Shown in pieces: positions 1 to 9,001 of a DNA stretch of 64,000 bases. Source of the stretch: Candidatus Adlerbacteria bacterium GW2011_GWA1_54_10 (GTDB lineage: Bacteria > Patescibacteriota > Minisyncoccia > Phycocordibacterales > SBAW01). The notes beneath the pieces were generated by a model that saw only the letters and a list, made by a program, of their open reading frames with translations, was not told where the DNA came from and did not search any database. The position numbers were made by a program, and so were the translations under genes. Position 1 is the first letter of the stretch; each line of letters begins with the position of its first letter. The DNA lies in assembly GCA_001004665.1 (NCBI GenBank), contig LCRO01000002.1, forward strand, positions 27,060 to 91,059. Reading direction: 5' to 3'.

Positions 1-880
1 GTGCGCAGCCATTGATAAGATTCCACTCCAGATAGATTTTTAAATCTTCTAGAGGCGTCGCCTCTATGATTTTGGAAACTGCAGCGAAAAATTTTGGCTG
101 GCCAACAATTATTTTTTTTGTTTTTCGCACACCTATTAGCGCGAAAAACTTTTGCCAATCTATTTCCGGAGAGATCCGCGCGAGTTCATGCGCGCTTTTT
201 TTGTGATAGACCTTTTCCGCATCGCGCAGATCCTCTTTGCACATTGAACCGCGCGCGAGCGCGGTCTCTATTCCCATTACTGTTTTTACAAAACGCTCCG
301 CACCTTTTTTTGAGGTGCCTGCAATTCGCATTAGCTTCTTTATGTGCAGAACGTAAGCGTCACGGACGCGCCTTTGCTCCAGTCCGTCAAGCAAGTAATA
401 GTCGCGATCGGGCATGCCAAGACCTCCCTGCCACAAATGCAAAATATACCTTGAGCTTTGCTTGGCGTCCTGGTCGACGAACGTGCCCCAAAAACCCGAG
501 ACGCCAATACGATGAAAATGGGCGAGCGTTTTTAGGAGTTCTTCTTTATTTTTCGCCGCGCGCACGTGCCCGAGCAGTGGGCGGAGCGGCTTTAGCCCCA
601 ATTTATTGTGGTGCTTCAAGTCTATAGCGGAACGATATATTTGGCCGACAAGAGGATCCCGCGTGCGCGCGGCAATCTTTTTGAGCCGTAGCTCGGTCTC
701 ATAGCGCAAAATATTGAAAGAGCCCCAGCGCGCCTCCTCGGGCGGAATAGCGGCGCTCTTTAACCATCCGACGTTCGCGTATGCGTAAAAGTCGTCCTGC
801 GGCCGCTTGTTTTTGTTTATAGAGCCAGTGTCAAAACCCCACCAGTTTTTTTCCTTTTTGTGTTTTGCCTTTTTGGCCAT
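1..880 (-). CDS. M13 family metallopeptidase (PepO/neprilysin-like), N-terminal part, runs off the left edge
   Basis: Not in the ORF track. Manual translation from ATG 880 gives RPQDDFYAYANVGWL, RWGSF and QGGLGMPDRDYYL, and is still in frame at the edge (LEDLKIYLEWNL). Confidence 0.9.
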   Translation of the reverse strand, partial: MAKKAKHKKEKNWWGFDTGSINKNKRPQDDFYAYANVGWLKSAAIPPEEARWGSFNILRYETELRLKKIAARTRDPLVGQIYRSAIDLKHHNKLGLKPLRPLLGHVRAAKNKEELLKTLAHFHRIGVSGFWGTFVDQDAKQSSRYILHLWQGGLGMPDRDYYLLDGLEQRRVRDAYVLHIKKLMRIAGTSKKGAERFVKTVMGIETALARGSMCKEDLRDAEKVYHKKSAHELARISPEIDWQKFFALIGVRKTKKIIVGQPKFFAAVSKIIEATPLEDLKIYLEWNLINGCA

Positions 881-901
881 AGCGTTGTACTTTACCAGAT
901 A

Positions 902-2662
902 ATGACCGTTAACGAAATCCGCTCTAAATATCTGGATTTTTTTAAGGCTAGGGGACACACAATAATTCCAGGGGCCTCGCTTGTTCCAGAAAACGATCCG
1001 ACTACGCTTTTTACAGGGAGTGGCATGCAGCCTCTCCTGCCGTACCTGCTCGGCAAAGAGCATCCTATGGGCGCACGCCTTACCGACTCGCAAAAATGCT
1101 TTCGCGCGATGGATATCGAGGAGGTGGGGGACAACCGGCATACAACATTTTTCGAAATGCTCGGCAATTGGTCACTCGACGACTACTTCAAGCGGGAACA
1201 GCTTCCGTGGCTATGGGAATTTTTGACGCAAGAGGTCGGTTTGTCCGAAGAGCGCCTGTGGATAACGTGTTTTGAGGGGGATGGGAGGCTCGGCTTGCCC
1301 AAAGACATAGAATCGGCAGAAATTTGGAAGAGTCTCGGTGTACCGGAGGAACGCATTCGGTTTTACGGTCCGGAAAAAAATTGGTGGTCGCGCTCCGGAA
1401 CGCCCGAGCAAATGCCCGCGGGCGAGCCGGGCGGTCCGGACTCGGAAATCTTCTACGAATTTACGCAAGCAAAGCATAATCCGAAGTTCGGTCCTGAATG
1501 CCACCCCAACTGCGACTGCGGGCGCTTTCTTGAGATAGGCAACTCGGTGTTCATGGAATACATAAAGAACTCCGACGGCTCCTTCGGAAAATTGCCAAAA
1601 AGGAACATTGATTTCGGCGGAGGACTAGAGCGCATTGCCGCGGCAAGCATTGACAGCCCTGATGTGTTTTTGACCGACGCATTTATGCCTGTCATTCAAA
1701 AAATCGAACAGCTCTCCGGCAAAACATATCACGCCGATCCTCGCCCATTCCGTATCGTCGCAGACCACACCCGCGCGGCGCGCGAGCTCTCAGCGGCTGG
1801 GGTGCTCCCCGGCAATGTCGAGCGTGGCTATGTGGTGCGGCGGCTGATACGCCGCGCGGTGCGCTATGGCGACACTCTCGGACTGCCGTCGGGAACCCTT
1901 GCGGAGATAGCGGATTCGCCGGAGATAGCGCAGGAAGAGGGACGTTTCCGCAAAACGCTTGAGCGCGGCATGAAGGAGCTTGGGCGTTTTGTAGATAAGG
2001 GGTCGCTTAGCGCTAAGGACGCTTTCCAACTTTTTACCACCTACGGCTTCCCGCTCGAATTGATCTTGGAAGAGACGGGCGAGCGGGGTATAAAGCAGGT
2101 AGACATCGATGGATTTAAAGAGCTATTAAAACATCATCAGGAGCTTTCCCGCGCCGGTAGCGAGCAAAAATTCAAAGGAGGACTTGCGGACGCGTCGGAA
2201 AATACTACACGCCTGCACACCGCTCACCACCTTTTACTCAAGGCGCTCCAAATGGTACTCGGCCCGCATGTCAAACAGCGCGGCTCGAACATCACGCAGG
2301 AGCGTCTGCGTATAGACTTCAGCCATGGCGAGAAGCTAACTCAAGAACAGATCGCCAAAGTGGAAAAAATCGTGAATGACAAAATAAAAGAGGACCTGCC
2401 GGTCGTCCGCACGGAGATGCGCCTCGAAGATGCCGAGGCACTCGAGGCGGAGCAAGAGTTCGGCGCGAAATATCCGGAGCGCGTTTCGGTTTATTCGGTT
2501 GGGCCGTTGGAGAACGCTTTTTCGATCGAATTCTGCGGCGGACCACACACATTGCGCACCGGCAAATTATCAGCCCCTGGGGTTGATGTGCCGTTTAAAA
2601 TCCAAAAAGAAGAAGCTGTTGCCGCCGGCATCCGGCGAATAAAAGCAGTTTTGATTAAATGA
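902..2662 (+). CDS. alaS: Alanine--tRNA ligase, short form lacking C-Ala domain
   Basis: DPTTLFTGSGMQP, HTTFFEMLGNWS, IDFGGGLER, HTAHH, EFCGGPH; probable start MTVNEIR at 902. Confidence 0.95.
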   Translation: MTVNEIRSKYLDFFKARGHTIIPGASLVPENDPTTLFTGSGMQPLLPYLLGKEHPMGARLTDSQKCFRAMDIEEVGDNRHTTFFEMLGNWSLDDYFKREQLPWLWEFLTQEVGLSEERLWITCFEGDGRLGLPKDIESAEIWKSLGVPEERIRFYGPEKNWWSRSGTPEQMPAGEPGGPDSEIFYEFTQAKHNPKFGPECHPNCDCGRFLEIGNSVFMEYIKNSDGSFGKLPKRNIDFGGGLERIAAASIDSPDVFLTDAFMPVIQKIEQLSGKTYHADPRPFRIVADHTRAARELSAAGVLPGNVERGYVVRRLIRRAVRYGDTLGLPSGTLAEIADSPEIAQEEGRFRKTLERGMKELGRFVDKGSLSAKDAFQLFTTYGFPLELILEETGERGIKQVDIDGFKELLKHHQELSRAGSEQKFKGGLADASENTTRLHTAHHLLLKALQMVLGPHVKQRGSNITQERLRIDFSHGEKLTQEQIAKVEKIVNDKIKEDLPVVRTEMRLEDAEALEAEQEFGAKYPERVSVYSVGPLENAFSIEFCGGPHTLRTGKLSAPGVDVPFKIQKEEAVAAGIRRIKAVLIK

Positions 2663-2694
2663 GCAAGGCGTTTTTTCTTTGATATACTTTTTAT

Positions 2695-3633
2695 ATGTCG
2701 CTCTTCGGTAAAAAACCGGAGGAAAGAACCGTGCTCGTGCTCGACGTGGGGCAGGGGAGCGCGGGATCCGCGCTAGTCCGAATCTCGCAGACCGAGGCGC
2801 CGAAGCTGTTCGGCGAATTCCGTGCGCATCTGCCAGTCGGCGAATTCCGCGAAATCGGCGTGCTTGCGCGCCACGCAAAGCAAACTGCCACGCAGGCGCT
2901 CCTGCACGCTGCGGAGGTTGCCAGCCGCGTTCGCCAGCATCCTGCTGCAGGTGCGGCCGGAGTTATAGAAAGCGTCGCGGTTTTTTTGGCGCCGCCGTGG
3001 GGTGCGCCTGATCTTGCGCGCGAAGAGCCGGAATTCTCGAACGACATGGCCGAGGCCTTGCGCGACATGATGCGCGCGCATTTGGAAGTCCCGCATCGCT
3101 TGCACACCCGCGCGGGCGCGGCTCTCCACGGAGCACGTGTTATCTTTCCCGGCGACGCACTGCTCCTCATAATCTCGACGGAAGCGATGGAACTTCTACA
3201 TGCCAAGGACGGCGCGGCAGTGTCTTACGCTTTCATACCCGTGGGTACCCATGTGCTTCTGCGCACACTCCGCGCGCACGGCGGCCTCTCTTGGCAAGAA
3301 GCGCGCTCCGCGCTCCGCATAGGGCATCGGCATTTTAAAGAGCCGCTCGATGCCGCGTACGATCATTTGGCGCGGGAGCTGTCCGCGGCGATGCGCGGCC
3401 TGCGCAATCCTCCGCGCTCGGTGCTCGTCCTTGCGGAGGAGCCTTATGGCGAAAGACTTGCCCGTGAGCTCGCGGACAGGAGCGAGTTCTCCACTCTTTT
3501 TCCGCAAGGGAGTACTATCCGCCCGATGCTTGCGCGGCACGCCTCTCCCTATGTTGCCGCGCACGCGCAGAGTCTCGATCTGAACTTAATGCTTGAAGCG
3601 CTTTATTTGGATAGTATTATACAATTGTCATGA
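2695..3633 (+). CDS. Hypothetical protein, divergent FtsA/PilM actin-like fold
   Basis: N-terminal VLVLDVGQGSAG resembles the phosphate-1 motif; IPVGTH...SWQEARS resembles the FtsA/PilM C-terminal part. Confidence 0.5.
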   Translation: MSLFGKKPEERTVLVLDVGQGSAGSALVRISQTEAPKLFGEFRAHLPVGEFREIGVLARHAKQTATQALLHAAEVASRVRQHPAAGAAGVIESVAVFLAPPWGAPDLAREEPEFSNDMAEALRDMMRAHLEVPHRLHTRAGAALHGARVIFPGDALLLIISTEAMELLHAKDGAAVSYAFIPVGTHVLLRTLRAHGGLSWQEARSALRIGHRHFKEPLDAAYDHLARELSAAMRGLRNPPRSVLVLAEEPYGERLARELADRSEFSTLFPQGSTIRPMLARHASPYVAAHAQSLDLNLMLEALYLDSIIQLS

Positions 3634-4895
3634 GAGATATTCTCCCATCCGGCTCGGACGAGCGCCGCTCGATCAGAAATATCCCGATTTCCTCGGCACC
3701 CCGCCGCGGGCGTCCCGTTGTGGAAGAGGATTATCGCGAAGCCGCGCCGAGGCGCCGTCCGCGGCGTTTCGGCCGCGCCTTCAAATGGACGCTGGCTGTA
3801 GTTCTTTTCGGCGGTCTTTCCCTGCTTCTCTCCGCCTTTTTTGCCGGAGCAACAGTTACGGTATATCCGCGCACAGCCACAGTGGAGGTTCCCGCGCGGC
3901 TTGAGGCGCGGCTTAATGCGCCCCTAAACGCGCTCGCATACGAGACCTTTACCGTCACGCGCTCTGCAACCACTGCCACGCCCGCAACCGGGACAAAAAC
4001 CGTCTCGCGGCAGGCCTCCGGCATAATTACGATTTTGAACTCATATTCATCCGCCAGCCAGCGCCTTATCGCCAACACGCGCTTCGAAGCTCCGGACGGA
4101 AAGATATACCGCATTCGCGATTCCGTCACGGTGCCGGGCCAGTTACAGGAAAAGCCGGGCACGGCGACAATTACCGCATATGCCGATTCCCCGGGAAGTT
4201 CTTACAATAAAAGCGGCTCGATAAATCTCGTTATCGCAAAATTTAAAGAGGACAAAGATCCACGCGCGACTGCTTTTAAAGTAACCGCAGCCGGAGGTTT
4301 TAGCGGCGGATTCCTCGGCGAGGAACCTGCGGTGGCGGCCGGCGACCTTGCAAAAGCGCGCGACACTTTGCAAAAACAGCTCGTGGAGGATATCCGCGCC
4401 GCAGCCTCGGTTGGCATTCCGGAGGGATATATTTCCATACCAAGCGCACTCCAGCTAAGCTACTCCGAGATCGCGCAGAGCAAGGGCAATGGCAATAACG
4501 CCAATCTCTCGCAAACCGCGACGGGCAAGGGGATTATGCTGCGCGAGGGTGACTTGGCCGCGATAATCGCGCGTCAGAAGGTCGAGGAATACGGAGGCGA
4601 GGCAATAGGATTCGAGGATATCTCGCAAATGGCCATATCGCTCGCCTCGACAAGCAAGTCTTCGGACGAAAAACTTGTCCTGCTTTTGACCGGCACGCCG
4701 ACGCTGGTGTGGCAATTCGACCCCGGGGCCCTCTCGCAGGCATTGCTCGGCAAGGAAAAAGGCGCGTTTCAAGAAGTCGTGAATTCCTTCGCACCTGCGA
4801 TACGCAAGGCGGATGCCTCGATACGCCCGTTTTGGGAAGGATCTTTCCCAAACGACATCGCCGAGATAAAAATAGTGGTGGCGAAAGAGGAATAA
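3630..4895 (+). CDS. Membrane-anchored protein with baseplate J/gp47-like region
   Basis: Basic N-terminus, one TM helix, then ASGIITILN..QRLIANTRF..DGKIYR..VTVPG..AYADSPG..YN and GGFSGG; ATGA overlap with upstream gene. Confidence 0.55.
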   Translation: MRDILPSGSDERRSIRNIPISSAPRRGRPVVEEDYREAAPRRRPRRFGRAFKWTLAVVLFGGLSLLLSAFFAGATVTVYPRTATVEVPARLEARLNAPLNALAYETFTVTRSATTATPATGTKTVSRQASGIITILNSYSSASQRLIANTRFEAPDGKIYRIRDSVTVPGQLQEKPGTATITAYADSPGSSYNKSGSINLVIAKFKEDKDPRATAFKVTAAGGFSGGFLGEEPAVAAGDLAKARDTLQKQLVEDIRAAASVGIPEGYISIPSALQLSYSEIAQSKGNGNNANLSQTATGKGIMLREGDLAAIIARQKVEEYGGEAIGFEDISQMAISLASTSKSSDEKLVLLLTGTPTLVWQFDPGALSQALLGKEKGAFQEVVNSFAPAIRKADASIRPFWEGSFPNDIAEIKIVVAKEE

Positions 4896-4939
4896 GTTGA
4901 CGGAATATTACAGGCGAGTTAATATAACCAGCGTCGTTA

Positions 4940-5149
4940 ATGGATAGTGAGGCAACAGAAGTAAAGGGCGTCGTATATGAGGCCCTGCCTAATACGTTGT
5001 TCCGCGTGACTCTGGAAAGCGGCGAACAGCAGCTTTGTTACCTTGCCGGCAAAATGAGATTGCACCGTATCAAGGTTCTGGTGGGCGACAAGGTTCTCGT
5101 CCGGCTCGATCCGTACGGGGGAAAGGGCAGAATAATACGCAGATTTTAA
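4940..5149 (+). CDS. infA: Translation initiation factor IF-1
   Basis: [21 protein letters not shown]. Confidence 0.97.
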   Translation: MDSEATEVKGVVYEALPNTLFRVTLESGEQQLCYLAGKMRLHRIKVLVGDKVLVRLDPYGGKGRIIRRF

Positions 5150-5196
5150 GGTTTGGCCTTGAGGAGCCCCGGGCCAAGGTCAAGTCTTGTAAGACA

Positions 5197-5310
5197 ATGA
5201 AAGTAAAAGCTTCAATAAAACCGCGCTGTGCGCTTTGCAAACTGATCCGGCGGAAAGGCCGGCTTACCGTGGTTTGTAGCAATCCGCGCCATAAACAAAG
5301 ACAAGGATAA
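5197..5310 (+). CDS. rpmJ: 50S ribosomal protein L36
   Basis: [15 protein letters not shown]...[11 protein letters not shown], 37 aa. Confidence 0.97.
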   Translation: MKVKASIKPRCALCKLIRRKGRLTVVCSNPRHKQRQG

Positions 5311-5318
5311 ATTATTTT

Positions 5319-5696
5319 ATGCGCATTGCAGGCATAACGATACCGAATAAAAGGCTTCCGTACGCTCTGGCGACGCTCTATGGAATAGGCATTCCCCTTG
5401 GGCGCACGGTGTGTCTGCGCGCGGGCGTCGATTTTAATAAAAAAGCCGGAGAGCTCTCCGCGGCGGAGGAGCAGGCTATCCGCAAAGAACTAGAAACGAT
5501 AAAAATGGAGGGTGACCTCAGGCGCGAGACAGCGGGCAACATAAAGAGGCTGAGGGACATTGGCGCGTATCGCGGCTCAAGGCACACCAAGCGTTTGCCT
5601 GTTCGCGGCCAACGCACCAAGACCAACTCGCGCACTGTGCGCGGCAACGTGCGCAAGACGATGGGTAGCGGCCGCCGCAAAGTTGAAAAAACCTAA
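5319..5696 (+). CDS. rpsM: 30S ribosomal protein S13
   Basis: RIAG, YRGSRH, LPVRGQRTKTN. Confidence 0.97.
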   Translation: MRIAGITIPNKRLPYALATLYGIGIPLGRTVCLRAGVDFNKKAGELSAAEEQAIRKELETIKMEGDLRRETAGNIKRLRDIGAYRGSRHTKRLPVRGQRTKTNSRTVRGNVRKTMGSGRRKVEKT

Positions 5697-5732
5697 AAAT
5701 AAGGGTATTCTTCACGCTTACGAACACTAGGT

Positions 5733-6164
5733 ATGGGAAAAAAGCGAATAGTCAAAAAAACGGGCGTGGAGGGAGCTGGAGGAACTGCCGCATCTTCCTC
5801 GCGCGTCTCAAAGCGCAAGCTCGAAAGCGGCACGCTTTACATCGAGGCGACTTATAACAACACCAAAGTCTCACTGGCCGATATCAAGGGGCAGATAGCC
5901 GCGTGGTCGTCGGCCGGAGCGCTCGGCTTTAGCGGGGCGAAGAAGGGCACGCCATTTGCCGCCGCCAAGGTTGGCGAGCTTATGGGCGATCGCGCAACAG
6001 CGATGGGTGTCAAGGAGGTTGCCGTAATAGTAAAGGGCGTCGGCGCGGGACGCGAGAGTTCCATACGGGCATTTGCAACGAAGGGTATAGGCATAAGCTC
6101 CATAGAAGACCGAACTCCGGTTCCGCACAACGGCCCGAGGCCTCCCAAACCCCGCAGGGTATAA
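5733..6164 (+). CDS. rpsK: 30S ribosomal protein S11
   Basis: ATYNNT, KKGTPFAA, TPVPHNG. Confidence 0.97.
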   Translation: MGKKRIVKKTGVEGAGGTAASSSRVSKRKLESGTLYIEATYNNTKVSLADIKGQIAAWSSAGALGFSGAKKGTPFAAAKVGELMGDRATAMGVKEVAVIVKGVGAGRESSIRAFATKGIGISSIEDRTPVPHNGPRPPKPRRV

Positions 6165-6186
6165 AAATCCAAAATTAGAATTTTTT

Positions 6187-6795
6187 ATGTTGATTGGACC
6201 CAAATATAAGATCTGTAAGAGACTCGGCGCGTCTGTTTTCGAAAAGTGCCAGACGCAGAAGTTCCAACTAGCCGAGGCGCGCGCGCCGCGGAAAACCCGA
6301 GGTAAGCGCGGCGGCAGCGATTACGGATTGCAGCTGCTCGAAAAACAGAAGGCGCGTTTTACCTACGGCCTTACCGAAACCCAGTTCAGCCGCTACGCAC
6401 GCGAGGCTATGAATGCTCAAGGGAAAGACAGCGTAGCAGGGCTTCTTTCGCGGCTTGAGAGCCGGCTCGACAACGTCGTGTATCGCGCGGGTTTCGTGAG
6501 CACGCGCCGCGCCGCACGGCAACTTGTTTCCCACGGGCATATCACCGTTAATGGCCGCCGCGTAAACATACCTTCCTATGCCGTTCGCGCAGGCGACACT
6601 GTCGCAATACGCGAAGGCAGTCGCGGTAGTGCGCTGTTTGCCGGCCGCGGCGAGGCGATGCTCGAACACCGCACACTGGCGTGGATGGTGCTCGAGGAAG
6701 GCGGTTTTGCAGTAAAGATCGCGCAGGAGCCGGCTGTGAGCGAAACAGAGACCGCATTCAACACCGCAACGATAATCCAATTTTATAGCCGCTAA
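6187..6795 (+). CDS. rpsD: 30S ribosomal protein S4
   Basis: QLLEKQK, LESRLDNVVYR, ARQLVSHGH. Confidence 0.97.
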   Translation: MLIGPKYKICKRLGASVFEKCQTQKFQLAEARAPRKTRGKRGGSDYGLQLLEKQKARFTYGLTETQFSRYAREAMNAQGKDSVAGLLSRLESRLDNVVYRAGFVSTRRAARQLVSHGHITVNGRRVNIPSYAVRAGDTVAIREGSRGSALFAGRGEAMLEHRTLAWMVLEEGGFAVKIAQEPAVSETETAFNTATIIQFYSR

Positions 6796-6818
6796 TATTT
6801 AAAAGTTATTAATTTTTT

Positions 6819-7775
6819 ATGATGGAGTACTCAATAACACTGCCCTCTAAGCCTCGCGCGGTGTCCGAAGCCGAGTTTGAAGGCACATACGAGATAGACG
6901 GACTATATCCAGGCTACGGGCACACGCTCGGCAACAGCCTGCGCCGCATAATACTCTCTTCGCTCCCGGGCGCGGCGATAACCTCGGTCAATATTGAGGG
7001 TGTTCAACACGAGTTTTCGACATTGGACGGGATGCGCGAGGATGTCATCTCCCTTCTTCTCAATCTAAAAAAACTGCGCTTCGAGATACTTACACAGGAG
7101 CCGCAAACTATCACTCTTTCGGCAAAGGGTCCGAAGAAAGTCTTGGGCGCGGACTTGTCCGTGCCTGGGCAATTGCGCCTGCTCAATCCGAGTTCGTATC
7201 TTTGCGAGCTGACCGGCAAGCAATCGCTCGACATGCGCTGCCGCGTGGAGCGCGGCCTTGGGTACGTGCCGCGAGAACAGCTTAAAAAGGAGCGAGTCGA
7301 GATAGGCGAAATATCGGTAGACGCGATATTCAGCCCCATAAGGCGCGTAAATTACGAGGTGGAAAATATGCGCGTCGGGGACAGGACGGACTTCAACCGC
7401 CTGCGCATTTCTATAGAAACCGACGGCACCCTAAGCCCGCGTAAAGCGCTCGAGCAGGCGATAGAGATAATGATAAACCAGCTCAAAGCTGTGGTGGGTT
7501 TTCGCGAGGAGACGCTCGAGACGCCCGAAAGGACCGAAGAAGGAGCCGTGGCGCAGACACCCGTGTCGGATTCCTCCGAGGCTCTAAAGACGCGAATCGA
7601 GGATTTGGAATTATCGAGCCGCACCATTTCCGCCCTGGAGAAGGCGAACATCCGCACGGTCGGCGGCCTAGCACGAAAAAAGGAGCAGGATCTTATGGAT
7701 ATAGAGGGGCTCGGGCCGAAGTCCATTCAGGAGATCAAGCGCGCGCTGGCGAATTTCGGCATCGTATTGAAGTAA
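6819..7775 (+). CDS. rpoA: RNA polymerase alpha subunit
   Basis: GYGHTLGNSLRRILSS-type motif, HEFST, DAIFSP, alpha-CTD. Confidence 0.97.
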   Translation: MMEYSITLPSKPRAVSEAEFEGTYEIDGLYPGYGHTLGNSLRRIILSSLPGAAITSVNIEGVQHEFSTLDGMREDVISLLLNLKKLRFEILTQEPQTITLSAKGPKKVLGADLSVPGQLRLLNPSSYLCELTGKQSLDMRCRVERGLGYVPREQLKKERVEIGEISVDAIFSPIRRVNYEVENMRVGDRTDFNRLRISIETDGTLSPRKALEQAIEIMINQLKAVVGFREETLETPERTEEGAVAQTPVSDSSEALKTRIEDLELSSRTISALEKANIRTVGGLARKKEQDLMDIEGLGPKSIQEIKRALANFGIVLK

Positions 7776-7798
7776 ACTTGGTCGTCCGATGAACCCTC

Positions 7799-8146
7799 AT
7801 GAGACATCACGATAAAAACAGAAAATTCGGAAGGGAGCGGGGAGTGCGGCGCGCGCTTTTGCGCTCGCTCGCCCGCAATCTTATTCTGCGCGGCCGCATT
7901 ACAACTACGCAAGCGCGCGCCAAGGAAATACGCGGTATGGTGGAAAAAATGGTGACGCGCGGTCGCAACGCGACACTCGCGGGTCGTCGCATTCTTGTCT
8001 CGGAGCTCGGCGACGCACGCGTCGTTGGCAAACTCATAAAAACCGCCGCGAAGTACGGAGCCCGACCTGGCGGCTACCTACGCATAGTCAAGATGGGGCC
8101 GCGCAAGGGCGACGCCGCATCGATGGCTCTGATCGAGTTTGTATAG
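7799..8146 (+). CDS. rplQ: 50S ribosomal protein L17
   Basis: MRHH, ITTTQARAKE, RPGGYLRI, RKGDAA. Confidence 0.97.
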   Translation: MRHHDKNRKFGRERGVRRALLRSLARNLILRGRITTTQARAKEIRGMVEKMVTRGRNATLAGRRILVSELGDARVVGKLIKTAAKYGARPGGYLRIVKMGPRKGDAASMALIEFV

Positions 8147-8161
8147 TGAGGAATTCGAACT

Positions 8162-8503
8162 ATGACTACTATAGACGCGGAAAATAAAACATTGGGAAGA
8201 GTCGCTTCCGCGGCGGCGAAGATCCTGTTGGGCAAGCACAAGCCGACGTTCGCCAAAAATGCGGTCATGGGCGAGGAAATCACGATAATAAACGCCTCCA
8301 AGGTCATCGTTTCCGGTAGCAAATCAAAGGACAAGAAATATATTCGCTACTCCGGCTACCCCGGCGGTAAAAAAGAGGAGTCGTACACAATGCTCGTCAG
8401 GCGCCGCGGGCACAAAGAGGCGATACGCCGCGCTGTAATGGGCATGCTGCCCAAAAATAAATTGCAGGTTAGGCGCATCAAACTTTTGAAAATTGACAAT
8501 TAA
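8162..8503 (+). CDS. rplM: 50S ribosomal protein L13
   Basis: IDAENKTLGR, LGKHKP, SGYPGG, GMLPKN. Confidence 0.97.
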   Translation: MTTIDAENKTLGRVASAAAKILLGKHKPTFAKNAVMGEEITIINASKVIVSGSKSKDKKYIRYSGYPGGKKEESYTMLVRRRGHKEAIRRAVMGMLPKNKLQVRRIKLLKIDN

Positions 8504-8520
8504 AATCGAAAATTAGCGGC

Positions 8521-8931
8521 ATGGCGACAAAAACAAAAGAGGAAAGATATATAGAGGCGGTCGGCAGGCGCAAGACCTCCATCGCCCGTGCGCGCCTTGT
8601 GTCAGCATCGCGCACGGCCGTTGTAATAAACGGCAAAAACGCAAATGAGTACTTTACGACGGAGCCTCTGCGCGTCATGGCTCTAGAACCTTTTCTTAAA
8701 GTAACCTTGCCGGAGCAGTTTACTGTGACTGTCAAAGTTACGGGCGGAGGAATTGCCGGGCAGGCGGCGGCGGTGAGGCACGCCATATCGCGCGCTCTCA
8801 ACGCATACGACAAAAACCTGCGCGGAGCGCTCAAAAAAGAGGGGTTCCTCGCGCGCGATGCGCGCGCGAAGGAACGCCGTAAGCCTGGTTTAGTTAAAGC
8901 GAGAAAGCGCAAGCAGTGGAGCAAACGTTAA
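8521..8931 (+). CDS. rpsI: 30S ribosomal protein S9
   Basis: GRRKTS, GGGIAGQ, KERRKPGL, QWSKR. Confidence 0.97.
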   Translation: MATKTKEERYIEAVGRRKTSIARARLVSASRTAVVINGKNANEYFTTEPLRVMALEPFLKVTLPEQFTVTVKVTGGGIAGQAAAVRHAISRALNAYDKNLRGALKKEGFLARDARAKERRKPGLVKARKRKQWSKR

Positions 8932-8964
8932 CTAGTCAGCATTTGCCACTTAGTGGGATTTATT

Positions 8965-8992
8965 TTGACAGAAAGGGTTTTTTGTATAAAAT
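8965..8992 (+). promoter_or_regulatory. Sigma70-type promoter for grpE-dnaK
   Basis: TTGACA (8965-8970), 16 nt, TAAAAT (8987-8992), 9 nt before grpE ATG. Confidence 0.6.
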
Positions 8993-9001
8993 AAGCGGAC
9001 G

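Noticed and set aside
94-627. 177-aa plus-strand ORF
   Set aside because: Shadow of the minus-strand M13 peptidase, which has clear family motifs
2660-2662. TGA-to-Gly recoding (code 25)
   Set aside because: TGA ends alaS, trpS and others at expected positions, and conserved genes have no in-frame TGA
3630-4895. Prophage or contractile injection system
   Set aside because: Only one baseplate-like gene, with a TM anchor, among housekeeping genes
8932-9001. CIRCE operator before grpE-dnaK
   Set aside because: No TTAGCACTC-N9-GAGTGCTAA; only a short ccacttagtgg palindrome
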